The position numbers were made by a program, and so were the translations under genes. The notes under the pieces are model-generated. The model made no database searches, was not told the DNA's origin, and saw only the letters and a program-made list of their open reading frames with translations. Positions 9,263 to 19,580 of a stretch of DNA of 64,000 nt are shown in pieces (positions within the stretch are counted from its first letter, which is position 1; every line of letters starts with the position of its first letter). Source of the stretch: Leptolyngbyaceae cyanobacterium (lineage in GTDB: Bacteria; Cyanobacteriota; Cyanobacteriia; Phormidesmidales; Phormidesmidaceae). The stretch is taken from the NCBI GenBank assembly GCA_965263355.1, contig CBDHHL010000056.1:768001-832000 (forward strand), read 5' to 3'.

Positions 9263-10325
9263 TTAATGCGGCTATTGAAACTTTAGCCGCTACCTGCTGA
9301 GAAATTTTAGTCAAGGCAACCGCAGAAGCTGACTCTGGCTGAGCTAATACAATTGGCTTGCCCTCATCGCCACCTGCTCTAACCGACATCTCTAAAGGGA
9401 CACAACCCAATAGAGGGACCCCTAATGTTTCGGCTGCTTTGGCACCACCTCCGGAACCAAAAATGTCATAGCTCTTGTCGGGCATATCAGGGGGCACAAA
9501 ATAGCTCATATTCTCTACAATGCCTAACACACGCACATTCAGCTGCTCAAACATCTTTAAGCCACGGCGAGCGTCAGAGAGAGCCACATCCTGAGGTGTG
9601 GTGACAATTACAACGCCAGCCATGGGCACAGCTTGGGCCATAGTCAGCTGGGCATCTCCTGTCCCAGGGGGCATGTCCACGACTAGGTAATCTAACTCGC
9701 CCCATTGTACCTGGTACAAAAATTGACGAATAATTCCGTTTAACATGGGTCCACGCCAGACTACAGGCTGGTCAGGATCAATTAAAAATCCCATGGAAAC
9801 AAGTTTGACACCATGGTTAAAGGCGGGCTCTAATTCTTGCTGCCCATCAGCACCCTCTCTAACAACAACGTTGCCATCTTTCAAACCCATCATAATGGGT
9901 GCATTGGGGCCATAAATATCGGCATCGAGTAACCCCACCTGAGCACCTGCTTTAGCTAGGGAAACGGCAATATTAACGGCTACAGTACTTTTGCCCACAC
10001 CACCCTTGCCACTGGATACGGCCAAAATGTTTTTAACCTTATCGATGCCTTGTTGTTCAGGTAAGGATGACTTTTGCTGAGGTGTTTCAGCGGTTACTTC
10101 AACAGCAACAGAGGCCACACCTGGCAAGGTTTTAACGGCTTTCTCGCAGTCTTCAACAATAAATTCTTTCAGGGGGCAAGCTGGAGTTGTTAATACAAGG
10201 GTAAAGCTCACCTGACCGGCATCAACGGTCACATTACGGATCATATTGAGCTCAACTAAGCTTTTTTGTAGCTCAGGGTCTTGAACAGGGCGCAGTACGT
10301 CCAGAATTGCCTCAGTTGTCGGCAT
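9258..10325 (-). CDS. mrp: Mrp/NBP35 family Fe-S cluster carrier ATPase (ApbC-like)
   Basis: DPEL...LTTPACP N-terminal domain; SGKGGVGKST Walker A; DADIYGP; WRGPML; DMPPGTGD. Confidence 0.93.
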   Translation of the reverse strand: MPTTEAILDVLRPVQDPELQKSLVELNMIRNVTVDAGQVSFTLVLTTPACPLKEFIVEDCEKAVKTLPGVASVAVEVTAETPQQKSSLPEQQGIDKVKNILAVSSGKGGVGKSTVAVNIAVSLAKAGAQVGLLDADIYGPNAPIMMGLKDGNVVVREGADGQQELEPAFNHGVKLVSMGFLIDPDQPVVWRGPMLNGIIRQFLYQVQWGELDYLVVDMPPGTGDAQLTMAQAVPMAGVVIVTTPQDVALSDARRGLKMFEQLNVRVLGIVENMSYFVPPDMPDKSYDIFGSGGGAKAAETLGVPLLGCVPLEMSVRAGGDEGKPIVLAQPESASAVALTKISQQVAAKVSIAALT

Positions 10326-10391
10326 CATGTTTTTAGAAGACAGGTATGAACGGGCGGAAAAATATTTACCAACCATTCTAAAGGTTTGTGT

Positions 10392-10435
10392 CCCATGATG
10401 TAGGGGCATTACATGGAACGCCCCTACATCATGGG
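10392..10435. repeat. REP-like palindrome with perfect 16-bp stem
   Basis: cccatgatgtaggggc ... gcccctacatcatggg; core gtaggggc...gcccctac. Confidence 0.8.
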
Positions 10436-10441
10436 GATGAG

Positions 10442-10999
10442 CTAGCTAAAGATGTCTCGATATTGATTAGGTCCAATGGTTGATGTGGTGGCTTGCTCGG
10501 CGGCCTGGGCTAGCGCAGCAGCAACGCGAGCAGCATAGGGTCGTAAAAATGACCAGGCTACATGGGATAAACAGCCCCTGAGTTCAATTGAGTAAGAGAT
10601 ACGTGTACCACACAGGGAAGACTCCAGGCGATAGACTGCCCGCTCTTCTAATCCAGGAACTGGAAAAACACGGAGGCTAATATATTCTCCAGGCAGTACG
10701 CTCTCTACAAAAATTTTGATAGGTACGGGGACCCAGTGGGCAAACACACGATAAATCAGACCTGGCTTGGCTTGTTGACCACTAGGAGCATTGGTGGAGG
10801 TAATCAGTGGATGCCAGGAAGCCAAACCAGCTAAATCGTTTATTGTTTGCCAGAGCACCTCGATAGAGGCGGTACTGCTAACTTGGTAGTGCTTTTCCAA
10901 AGTTCGTTTATGCCTCTGGATCAGGGTCGATTGTCCAATGGCCTTGGGGGCTGGGCGGTGGAAATATTGCTTAAGTGACTGAAACCAGAGTTGAAGCAT
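10442..10999 (-). CDS. SRPBCC (polyketide cyclase/dehydrase-like) family protein
   Basis: LWQ.I.DLA....WHPLI..TNAP.G...KPGLIY pattern; alternative start at 11032. Confidence 0.75.
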   Translation of the reverse strand: MLQLWFQSLKQYFHRPAPKAIGQSTLIQRHKRTLEKHYQVSSTASIEVLWQTINDLAGLASWHPLITSTNAPSGQQAKPGLIYRVFAHWVPVPIKIFVESVLPGEYISLRVFPVPGLEERAVYRLESSLCGTRISYSIELRGCLSHVAWSFLRPYAARVAAALAQAAEQATTSTIGPNQYRDIFS

Positions 11000-11382
11000 G
11001 ATGCGCCTGCGGGCTACCAGATAAATTGCCATAGCCTGGGCATTAGCTTTAGCCCTATCAGCAAATCGTTTAATGCTGATGACAAACGGATTGATGATTA
11101 TCTGGAGATGGCCACGTAATTTTTTATATTGAAAGGCATTTTAACCTTGGGTTAACATTTCACCTACTTGTTACCCCAAGGGTAACTTTGGAAACAAAGA
11201 TTTCACATAGCTTTGAGCATTTGTCAAGGATTGTCACACTGTGTGTCGACTTGGTCTAAAAAATCTCAAATCGTGGTTCATTATCATTATTAGCTGCTTC
11301 TCAAAACCTGTGTTTTTGCAGATTTTACAAACAGTTGGCAGCAGTGGTTTTATCAAAAATTGTTTTTTAGCTCTAGATCGCC

Positions 11383-12408
11383 ATGGTCATCGCTTCTACG
11401 CAGAAGGTATGTAGTCCCGTTACTCCTCCCAGTGATTCCCGTGAACGTGTCAGTGCTGGGTTCAAGGGTCTGCAGGATCGCATCTGTCAGAAGCTGACTG
11501 AAGTTGATGGCGTTGGCAAGTTTAAGGAAGACCAGTGGACTCGTCCCGATGGTGGCGGTGGTCGTTCACGGGTGATGAAGCAAGGCGATGTTTTTGAACA
11601 GGGGGGGGTTAACTTCTCAGAGGTTTGGGGAGATAGGTTGCCTCCTTCAATTTTAATGCAGCGTCCTGAAGCCGAAGGTCATGGTTTCTATGCGACGGGA
11701 ACTTCGTTGGTGTTGCATCCTCGTAATCCTTATGTGCCTACGGTTCACTTAAATTATCGCTACTTTGAAGCGGGGCCAGTTTGGTGGTTTGGTGGTGGTA
11801 TTGACCTGACGCCTTACTATCCCTTTGAGGAAGACGTCGTGCAGTTTCATAGAACGCTTAAGGAAGCGTGCGATCGCAACCACCCTGAGTATTACAACAC
11901 TTTCAAACTCTGGTGTGACGAATACTTTTACCTAAAGCACCGTCAGGAAACCCGTGGTGTTGGCGGTGTCTTCTTCGACTATCAAGATGGTACTGGTGAG
12001 TTATATCGTGGTCCTAAATCTGACGGTCCTGCTGCTCAGCACAGTCAATCTGTGGGGCAGTTAGTACAGCGTAGCTGGGAAGACTTGTTCAAGTTTGCCA
12101 TCGATTGTGGGGATGCATTTTTACCATCCTATATACCTATTGTTGAAAAGCGCCGTCATACTGAGTACGGAGAGCATCAGCGTAATTTCCAGCTTTATCG
12201 TCGTGGACGCTATGTAGAATTTAATCTTGTCTATGACCGTGGCACTATCTTTGGTTTACAAACCAATGGTCGTACCGAGTCTATCCTGATGTCGTTACCT
12301 CCCATGGTGCGTTGGGAATACAGCTATGCTCCTGAACCAGGAACTCCCGAAGCGAAGCTTTACGATACCTTCTTAAAGCCTCAGGATTGGGTGAACTGGT
12401 GCCCATAG
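11383..12408 (+). CDS. hemF: Oxygen-dependent coproporphyrinogen III oxidase
   Basis: [56 protein letters not shown]. Confidence 0.97.
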   Translation: MVIASTQKVCSPVTPPSDSRERVSAGFKGLQDRICQKLTEVDGVGKFKEDQWTRPDGGGGRSRVMKQGDVFEQGGVNFSEVWGDRLPPSILMQRPEAEGHGFYATGTSLVLHPRNPYVPTVHLNYRYFEAGPVWWFGGGIDLTPYYPFEEDVVQFHRTLKEACDRNHPEYYNTFKLWCDEYFYLKHRQETRGVGGVFFDYQDGTGELYRGPKSDGPAAQHSQSVGQLVQRSWEDLFKFAIDCGDAFLPSYIPIVEKRRHTEYGEHQRNFQLYRRGRYVEFNLVYDRGTIFGLQTNGRTESILMSLPPMVRWEYSYAPEPGTPEAKLYDTFLKPQDWVNWCP

Positions 12409-12430
12409 GAAAATATTTCTCATTATTTTT

Positions 12431-12460
12431 AGGGTGTGTGGAACTCCATGCACCCTTTCT
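12431..12460 (+). terminator. Putative intrinsic terminator after hemF
   Basis: agggtgtgtgg-aact-ccatgcaccct followed by ttct. Confidence 0.5.
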
Positions 12461-12767
12461 ATATCAATAGATATACCGAGAAAGAATGCGGAGTATGCGC
12501 CTTTACTGATTTGGTCAGGTGCTTAAATATCCTGATTTGGTAGGGGTTTCTATGCATATTATTGTGCACGTTGTTCTGAGCATGTTGTATTTACATACAG
12601 CCAGGGTTTCTGAATGTCAATCAAAATCCGCAATTTGTCGTAAGCATTGACATTTCATCGCTTTCTCCTGATCTCAGGGGCATCATGATATGTACGGGTG
12701 TAAGGCTTTTTGGTTTATGCTCGTCAAACATTAGAACGTTAATAGCATAGATTTAGGGCCGGTTACC

Positions 12768-13130
12768 ATGGAGCAAAGAATAGTCAACCCCCCCGAGAGT
12801 AATCACACTATCGTTGTCTTTTCACCTCAAGGGCGGCTAGATATTACTACAGCTTGGCAGTTTCGACTAAAGTTGCAGGAGTGTATTGTGAATACCACTC
12901 CCCATATCATTGTCAATCTTGGCCAGGTTAACTTTATTGATAGCTCAGGTTTGACCTCTCTAGTAGCAGGTATGCGAGACGCTGATAAGCTGCAGGGAAG
13001 CTTTAAGTTGTGCAATGTCCATCCGGAATCAAAGTTAGTCTTTGAAGTCACCATGATGGATTCTGTATTTGCTATTTATGACAGTGAAGAAGAAGCGATT
13101 AAGGCAGCACCCGAGCCAATGGTTTTTTAG
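12768..13130 (+). CDS. STAS-domain anti-sigma factor antagonist
   Basis: GRLD, V.FIDSSGL phosphorylatable Ser motif. Confidence 0.9.
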   Translation: MEQRIVNPPESNHTIVVFSPQGRLDITTAWQFRLKLQECIVNTTPHIIVNLGQVNFIDSSGLTSLVAGMRDADKLQGSFKLCNVHPESKLVFEVTMMDSVFAIYDSEEEAIKAAPEPMVF

Positions 13131-13347
13131 AAGGCTGACGGAGCTGAACCGTAACATAGGTTACGACACAGGTTATTGGACCTCAAAGTCCTCTGCTATC
13201 GCACATAGTCATCCATAGCACTGCTGATTTCGTTAAGGTGGTATAGGCATCCATCACGAAAATGCTACTTTGCCTTGGACCTATACGATTCTTGGCAAAA
13301 GTTCGTCCGCAGTAGAAAATGATGTCTAGCGTTTTATTATCCCACCT

Positions 13348-14133
13348 GTGACTAACCTCCGTACGGTTTCTGATACCAAGCGAGCCTTCTACACTTGCCA
13401 TTCTCGTCCCATCAACTCTCTTTATCGAAGGGTGGTTGAGGAGCTGATGGTGGAGATGCATCTGCTTTCAGTCAATGTTGATTTTGTTTATAACCCCCTC
13501 TATGCCCTTGGTGTGGTCACCAGCTTTGACCGATTTATGACGGGCTATGAGCCGGAGCGGGATAAAGAGTCAATTTTTTCGGCTCTTTGTAAAGCAGTTG
13601 ATGGTGATCCCCAGCAATATCGCCAGGATGCTGAGGCATTAAAAACCGATCTTGCCCAACTATCATTGAGTGAGTTAGACCAGCAGCTCTCTAATGCTAA
13701 AACCACAGATGGTGGCAGTTTGCAGGGCAAGCTTCACATGGTAGCTAACCAAGCGAGTGCCAAATATACCCGGCTTATGGCTGTGGGCCTATACACTCTG
13801 TTTGAAACCGTTGATGATTCATCCCTAGAGGATAAAGACAAGCGGGAAGAAATGCTGAAAGCAGCTGCCGAAATGCTTGCCTTGCCAGCTGAAAAGGTGG
13901 ACAAAGATCTCGAGCTTTACCGGAGCAATCTAGATAAGATGGCCCAAGCTCAAGAAGTTATGCAAGATATCTTGGAAGCTGAGCGTAAAAAACGTGAACA
14001 GCGCGCTCAAGCAAAGGCGGAATCTACGGCTTCTGAAACGCCTCCTGAGAAGTCTTCTGACACTCCGTCTGCTGATGATACTTCGTCTACAGCGGTTGCA
14101 GATGCTGAACCTGAGTCGGCTGGCTCTGACTGA
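13348..14133 (+). CDS. psb29: Photosystem II biogenesis protein Psb29/Thf1
   Basis: RTVSDTKRAF...RPINS.YRRVVEELMVEMHLL; DLELYRSNLDKMAQA. Confidence 0.95.
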   Translation: MTNLRTVSDTKRAFYTCHSRPINSLYRRVVEELMVEMHLLSVNVDFVYNPLYALGVVTSFDRFMTGYEPERDKESIFSALCKAVDGDPQQYRQDAEALKTDLAQLSLSELDQQLSNAKTTDGGSLQGKLHMVANQASAKYTRLMAVGLYTLFETVDDSSLEDKDKREEMLKAAAEMLALPAEKVDKDLELYRSNLDKMAQAQEVMQDILEAERKKREQRAQAKAESTASETPPEKSSDTPSADDTSSTAVADAEPESAGSD

Positions 14134-14158
14134 GTCTTAACTCTACCTGCCGAGCCCT

Positions 14159-15673
14159 CTACTGAGCTAGGGTTACCCAGTAAAGATAATACTCCTCATT
14201 TTGCCAGGCTTTTGTGAATGACTGAATGGGTTCAACGTTTAAACCTGGTGTGGGTATCTCCAGATCTTTGTGGAGTATCAGCAGAATTTTAGGGTGTTTG
14301 ATAATGAGTTGATTGACCTGCCGGATAATTTCTGGCTGGTTAACTTCTCGACGTACGCCCTTGAAAAATAATGTGTAACTACCGATGGCCTGGCGTTCTG
14401 GAAAGTAAAAAGGCCGATTGAAATAGCCACTCAAAGATGCCATTTGGGCATCCCGGCTAGCCACAATAAACTCATCTTGTAAATTGGCCTCTTTCATATA
14501 ATTGGCAGTAGCACGGCTGGCGGAATAGGGGATCTGGAGATCCATAGTGAATAGGAAAATGCCGCCGAGAAAATGGGCGACTAAAATGGTGGCGAATAGT
14601 CGTTTAAACCAGCGTTGGGATTGCCGTTGCCATATTTCTAGGATGGGTAATCGTTGGGTAATGGCTGGGGTGGATCTGTAGTGATGACCTAGCCATAGTG
14701 CTGCTATCAGAATGAGATAAAAGTTACCAAAATGCCGAATTGAGAGTGCCATAAACTTGGCATAGGTGAACCCTAAAAGAATCCCATTACTGAGCAGATA
14801 AAAAAACAGAGGGTAGGGCTTTTTGACTAGTTTGAGGACAACCAAAAAGCAAGACCCTAGGGTGATTACGGCACAGACTAATAGATCTAGATAACGCTTA
14901 CCGTTGGGGATGATGACATAATATCCGCCAAATAAGCGGCCAATAGCCCTGAGCAAATGGCGTATATCCAGACCAGTGACATAACCTTCTAAGGCCTGAT
15001 TGGCGACATCGCTGGGGGGGAGTATGAAATAAAAGGCGATGGCATAGCCCGCAATGATTACAATGGCGCTGAATGTAATATCGAGCCAATTACGCCGAAG
15101 TTTAGCCTCGAATAGCAGCTCCAACGCCAGGGTGAGGGCAATTGCGATCGCCATCAAAAATGCATAGACATTGCTATTGGCCAATAACACCAGCAACCCT
15201 GCCAGGGGCCAATAGACACGCTGCCGCTGGGGCCACAGGGTACAAATAGCAAACAATAGCAGCATCGCCACAGCATAGTTACGCGCAATTAGCAGATGCT
15301 CATAAAACGGTAAATAGCCAAAGGTAAACAGCCACTTTTGCCATTGGTTAAAAGGACTGCAACGCCAAATTAGCAACACTGTACCCATGGCCAACAGCCA
15401 GTGAAATATCTGCATGGCCATGGGATGGCCAAACCCATGGTAAAGACCGGCTACCAGCAAGTGCCATAACCCCGGATGGGCACGATCGTAGTGAATATTT
15501 TCTACAAAGGCTGCCCAGGAGGGACTATCTCGGGCAATCAACCACACATTCATTTCGTCACGCCACATGCTGTGGTTGAGGGTGCCGAGCAGACCTAACA
15601 CAGCCGCTAGGATGACGGCTGTCCAGGGTGATTGGTAGAGCGCGATCAACCAGCGGGGTACACGAAATGTCAT
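14159..15673 (-). CDS. Polytopic membrane protein, GT-C-fold glycosyltransferase-like
   Basis: H.MWRDE motif in the first loop, HPGLW, ARNY, many TM segments and a soluble C-terminal domain. Confidence 0.6.
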   Translation of the reverse strand: MTFRVPRWLIALYQSPWTAVILAAVLGLLGTLNHSMWRDEMNVWLIARDSPSWAAFVENIHYDRAHPGLWHLLVAGLYHGFGHPMAMQIFHWLLAMGTVLLIWRCSPFNQWQKWLFTFGYLPFYEHLLIARNYAVAMLLLFAICTLWPQRQRVYWPLAGLLVLLANSNVYAFLMAIAIALTLALELLFEAKLRRNWLDITFSAIVIIAGYAIAFYFILPPSDVANQALEGYVTGLDIRHLLRAIGRLFGGYYVIIPNGKRYLDLLVCAVITLGSCFLVVLKLVKKPYPLFFYLLSNGILLGFTYAKFMALSIRHFGNFYLILIAALWLGHHYRSTPAITQRLPILEIWQRQSQRWFKRLFATILVAHFLGGIFLFTMDLQIPYSASRATANYMKEANLQDEFIVASRDAQMASLSGYFNRPFYFPERQAIGSYTLFFKGVRREVNQPEIIRQVNQLIIKHPKILLILHKDLEIPTPGLNVEPIQSFTKAWQNEEYYLYWVTLAQ

Positions 15674-15757
15674 GGATTGCGAGACTCGGGGGCGCAATCG
15701 ATCATACTGCTAACTGTCACCGCTGGTATGCTGACGTAACTGTTGGGCAAATTGCTA

Positions 15758-17509
15758 CTATTGTGCTGCTGTTGTCATCCCTTTGTCTAAAATACAGGTG
15801 CTAGGCGCTAGCCAGAAGTGAGCTGTTTCTACCACTGCACAGGGTTGAATGTGGGTGCTGAGCACACCGGGCTGCTTCAGACTGACCTGCGTAAAGGCAG
15901 CTGGCGGATAGTTATTGGCCCAATATCGATGGTGACTCAAATAGTTAGGGGCAAAGGCCGCTTTATTTACCAGCCAAAAATCGACACCGTAGCGATGAAT
16001 AAATGTGGCAAGTGTATCTTGATTGCTGGTGTAGTGGGCATTTAGTAAATCTTCAGCTCGCTGTCGGATCTGACGGTAATAGCCTAAGTGAAATGGAGTT
16101 GCATATTCCGGTGCTATCAACGTTGGGCGTTTGGCAAAGACAGGAATATTATCGGCTTCAAAATCGAGGGATGCTATTAAGGCGTCTTGGGGCTGAGTTT
16201 GCAAATATTCGTAAATGGGTGCTTCTTGCCCAGTTATATAAAGGGTTTTAGGGAATTTTTTTAGCAGCAGTGGATAGTAAAAAAAGAGGGGGACGACAAC
16301 CAGTAATACGGCCATTGGGGGCAGACATTTATGCAACACAGCCTTTGATTTATGGCTTCTTTTTTGACGGTTACAAATCGTTTCTAGCAAGCTTGTCCAA
16401 GCAATAGCCGCCAGGATGGGCATGGCTAACATAATGCAATGGCTGGTATAACGACCCGGCATATGGAGCTTAAAGGCCTGGGCATAGGCAGCGGTAAACC
16501 AAACCAAGCTGACACAGGTCAGTTTGGTAAACACATGAATGGAGGGCTGCACAGCTTTTAAGCTGACAAAGTTCTTGCCCCGCTGCATTGGTAGCAAAAA
16601 TAGAGCCGCCACCAGGGTGACTGGAGTAAACAGAGTACGTTTGAGAATCGCACCATGGCCACCAAACAAAATCAACCAGTAGCGCGATATCCCCTCTCTA
16701 AAAAAAGAATGACGCCCCGTGGGCTGGAATTCTGGTATTGTTTGGGCCTGGGCCATGGTGACCACTGGCCCAAACTGATGGGACAGCAAATAAGTGGGCA
16801 AAATGCATAGGGTAGCCAGGATCATGGCAGCGATCGCAACCCTAATACGGTGCCGATGAACAAGCACCCAAGGCCGATACCACTTTACTTTGAGCCCTGG
16901 CCAATCCACCGCGTTGGCCAGGTACAGTGTAGTGGCCACCGCCGCCACAGGGGGATAAAACAGGGTTAGCAACCCCAGCAAAATAAGACTCAACCGCCAC
17001 TGTCGCCGCACAAAGTAAAACAGTAGTGGAATCATGAGTGGGTAGATAAATGCCCGTGGCGAGGCCGACACCACATCGTCATTACACCAGAGATGTTGAC
17101 TCAGCATGACTGAGGCCATCACACCGGCTATGGGCACTGGAAAGATAGTCAGAGTAAGGCTGTAATAATAGCCCGCCGCTATCATCCCCAGGAACATTGG
17201 CAGCACTTTAGCCAACCACTCAGGCGCTAACTGACAGTAGCTGGCCAGGCGATACAGCAGCTTATATCCTACGGGGGCAATAGACTGGAGATAGTCAGCA
17301 ATCAAATCATTGGGAAACGCCCTAGGGTCTTGAAAGCGCTCCATCCAAAATAGATAGTGACGAGCATCGTCCTGTACGACATAATCCGCCGAAAACCCCT
17401 TTTGCATGGCGAGATAACCATAGAAAAAGGCAAAAAAAAGGCTGACGGACAGCCCTACAAACCATTGACGGCGGGAAATTTTTTGCGGACTAAATATCCC
17501 AGTCAGCAT
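15758..17509 (-). CDS. Polytopic membrane protein, GT-C-like
   Basis: VQDDARH acidic motif after TM1, multiple TM helices, soluble C-terminal domain. Confidence 0.55.
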   Translation of the reverse strand: MLTGIFSPQKISRRQWFVGLSVSLFFAFFYGYLAMQKGFSADYVVQDDARHYLFWMERFQDPRAFPNDLIADYLQSIAPVGYKLLYRLASYCQLAPEWLAKVLPMFLGMIAAGYYYSLTLTIFPVPIAGVMASVMLSQHLWCNDDVVSASPRAFIYPLMIPLLFYFVRRQWRLSLILLGLLTLFYPPVAAVATTLYLANAVDWPGLKVKWYRPWVLVHRHRIRVAIAAMILATLCILPTYLLSHQFGPVVTMAQAQTIPEFQPTGRHSFFREGISRYWLILFGGHGAILKRTLFTPVTLVAALFLLPMQRGKNFVSLKAVQPSIHVFTKLTCVSLVWFTAAYAQAFKLHMPGRYTSHCIMLAMPILAAIAWTSLLETICNRQKRSHKSKAVLHKCLPPMAVLLVVVPLFFYYPLLLKKFPKTLYITGQEAPIYEYLQTQPQDALIASLDFEADNIPVFAKRPTLIAPEYATPFHLGYYRQIRQRAEDLLNAHYTSNQDTLATFIHRYGVDFWLVNKAAFAPNYLSHHRYWANNYPPAAFTQVSLKQPGVLSTHIQPCAVVETAHFWLAPSTCILDKGMTTAAQ

Positions 17510-17824
17510 AGAAAAATTGATAAAAATAGGAATGAAGCATCGCGTTCGTCAGAAAAATTGCCAGCTGTGTAAACAACTCTCAGAGGTTCTTTATTGAGTG
17601 AAGTATCAGCAGGCAGACTGGTCCTTTGTATGTCTTACATGTTGGACGACCCTGGATAAAGACAGAGCCCATTACACGTATGGTGGTACTTGGAAAGCCA
17701 AAAAGCGTAGATAGGGGCATCTCCCGTAGAGCAAGCTTGCCTCTTGCTCAAAGAATTGGCTTTCATAACAGTATTTCACCCAGGTACGAGCAAATCCTTA
17801 AGCTTTGGTCGCAATTATGTTGCT

Positions 17825-19510
17825 TTAATAGGAACGAATACGTACTAAATGAGTTTGTTTGATTTGGCCGAGATCGTCATAGGGCGTATCAAGGGTGGGC
17901 AACTCACTACGTTCAATCCACAGGTAATCATCACGACTAACCTGATCTAAGGTTTGTAGCCGTTTGCCAGGATTAGGGGTGTAGAACCTGAGTAAAGTAC
18001 TTCGTTTACTATTCAGACCAGGGGAAAAATCAATCGATTTCGTTTGTAAGATCGGTTGAATATCGTTGCGGATTAACAGAGCTTTCATCTCAGGATTAAT
18101 ATTGCCCAGGTCAGCTGTTCCCCAAGCAATGATGAGACTAACCCAGTGCCCCAACAGCAGTAGCACTAACCAGCTAGTCATAATTTTGGAGCCGGTTGGT
18201 TTAGCGTTGAACCACAGCAGGCTGGCTGCGAGCCATAGTAACCCTAGCCCCAAAGCAATTGGTGCATAGGGTCTAATGTCGTTGGTGCTGGGTAGGATGT
18301 CAGTCGTCAATGCAAGACCGACGGCCACTGTTAGCAAGCTGCCTAAGACAATGAGGAAACCGTTAACGACATTTAATAGCTGCCTCACGCGACCTCTAGG
18401 GGGTGCCTGCACCAGATAGGCCATGGCATAGCCGGTCAGTAAGGCCAGAAATGGATAGGTGGGGATAGCGTAATGCGGTAGCTTAGTGGAGGCAAAACTG
18501 AGTAAACCTAGATAGGCCAGCGGGTAGATTAACAACAGTGAAATTTGAGGCTGGGCCAGCTGAGTCAATCTGTTTTTTGAGCGAATTAGAGTTATCAGCA
18601 AAAAAATGACCGCTGCCAGTGCAAAAAAGATCCAAACAAAGTCATTTGCCAAAAGGTTGAATAAATAAAAAAGAGGCGACTTGGCGCGGTCGGCAGTTAA
18701 GCTCTGATTGACTGGAAAATTGATCAGGGCATTGATTACAGCCATGTCGTAACGTTGCCAGCAACGCCAAAGCCAGATTGCCGTGGGTAGTAAACCCACC
18801 AATATGCCTAGATAAAGGCTCCATTGCTTCAAATGTTGTCGTCCTGACAAGAGTAAATAGGGCAATAAGCAGGCGATGGGAATGACAGCCAGGGCACTGC
18901 GAACCAGTATGGTGAGTCCCAGAGTGATGCCTGCGACAAAATAAAGCCAGGACCTACGGCTCAATAAAGCAGTTGCCTCAGTCGGTTGCTCAGCGGCCAT
19001 AAGAAACAGCCAAATAGCTAGCAATATCAGCCCTGTAAACAGCACATCGGGGGTGGCTAGCCGACTATACTGCAACCATAGGGGAGCCACCCCTAAGGAC
19101 AGTGCTCCTAACAAACCTGCAGTCGGATTCAGCAAACGGCGACCAATGGCGTAGGTGAGTAGAATGCAGCCAAGACTAGCTAACAGGCTAGGCAGTCGTA
19201 CAGCGATTTCGTGCCGTCCCAGCAATTGGATAAATAGAGCGACTATCCAGTATGGACCGGGGGTTTTGTGCTGGGGAACATCCCAGGGGTGAATCCAATC
19301 GCCCGTATCCACAATTACTCTTGCCCGACGGGCGTACAGTCCTTCGTCGTGGGCCATCAAGCTCTGTTGGTCCAGATCAAAAAAACCTGACAGCAAGAGG
19401 GGCAGCATCCATAACAACAGCACAAGCCAATGCCACTGCTTTGCTTGAATAATCGTTTGGATAGTAGTTTGGCTACCTAGCCTACCGAGGCCCAATTGCC
19501 AGCGGGTCAT
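17825..19510 (-). CDS. ArnT/PMT_2 family (GT-C) glycosyltransferase
   Basis: AHDEGLYA, GDWI.P, KTPG.YW, RLPS, KLPHY.IP.YP. Confidence 0.85.
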   Translation of the reverse strand: MTRWQLGLGRLGSQTTIQTIIQAKQWHWLVLLLWMLPLLLSGFFDLDQQSLMAHDEGLYARRARVIVDTGDWIHPWDVPQHKTPGPYWIVALFIQLLGRHEIAVRLPSLLASLGCILLTYAIGRRLLNPTAGLLGALSLGVAPLWLQYSRLATPDVLFTGLILLAIWLFLMAAEQPTEATALLSRRSWLYFVAGITLGLTILVRSALAVIPIACLLPYLLLSGRQHLKQWSLYLGILVGLLPTAIWLWRCWQRYDMAVINALINFPVNQSLTADRAKSPLFYLFNLLANDFVWIFFALAAVIFLLITLIRSKNRLTQLAQPQISLLLIYPLAYLGLLSFASTKLPHYAIPTYPFLALLTGYAMAYLVQAPPRGRVRQLLNVVNGFLIVLGSLLTVAVGLALTTDILPSTNDIRPYAPIALGLGLLWLAASLLWFNAKPTGSKIMTSWLVLLLLGHWVSLIIAWGTADLGNINPEMKALLIRNDIQPILQTKSIDFSPGLNSKRSTLLRFYTPNPGKRLQTLDQVSRDDYLWIERSELPTLDTPYDDLGQIKQTHLVRIRSY

Positions 19511-19580
19511 GGGAAGAGGAAGATGATAGGGCGTAGCTATTGTGCCATTGTCCCGAAAGAATTGTCTTGGTTGAATTACT

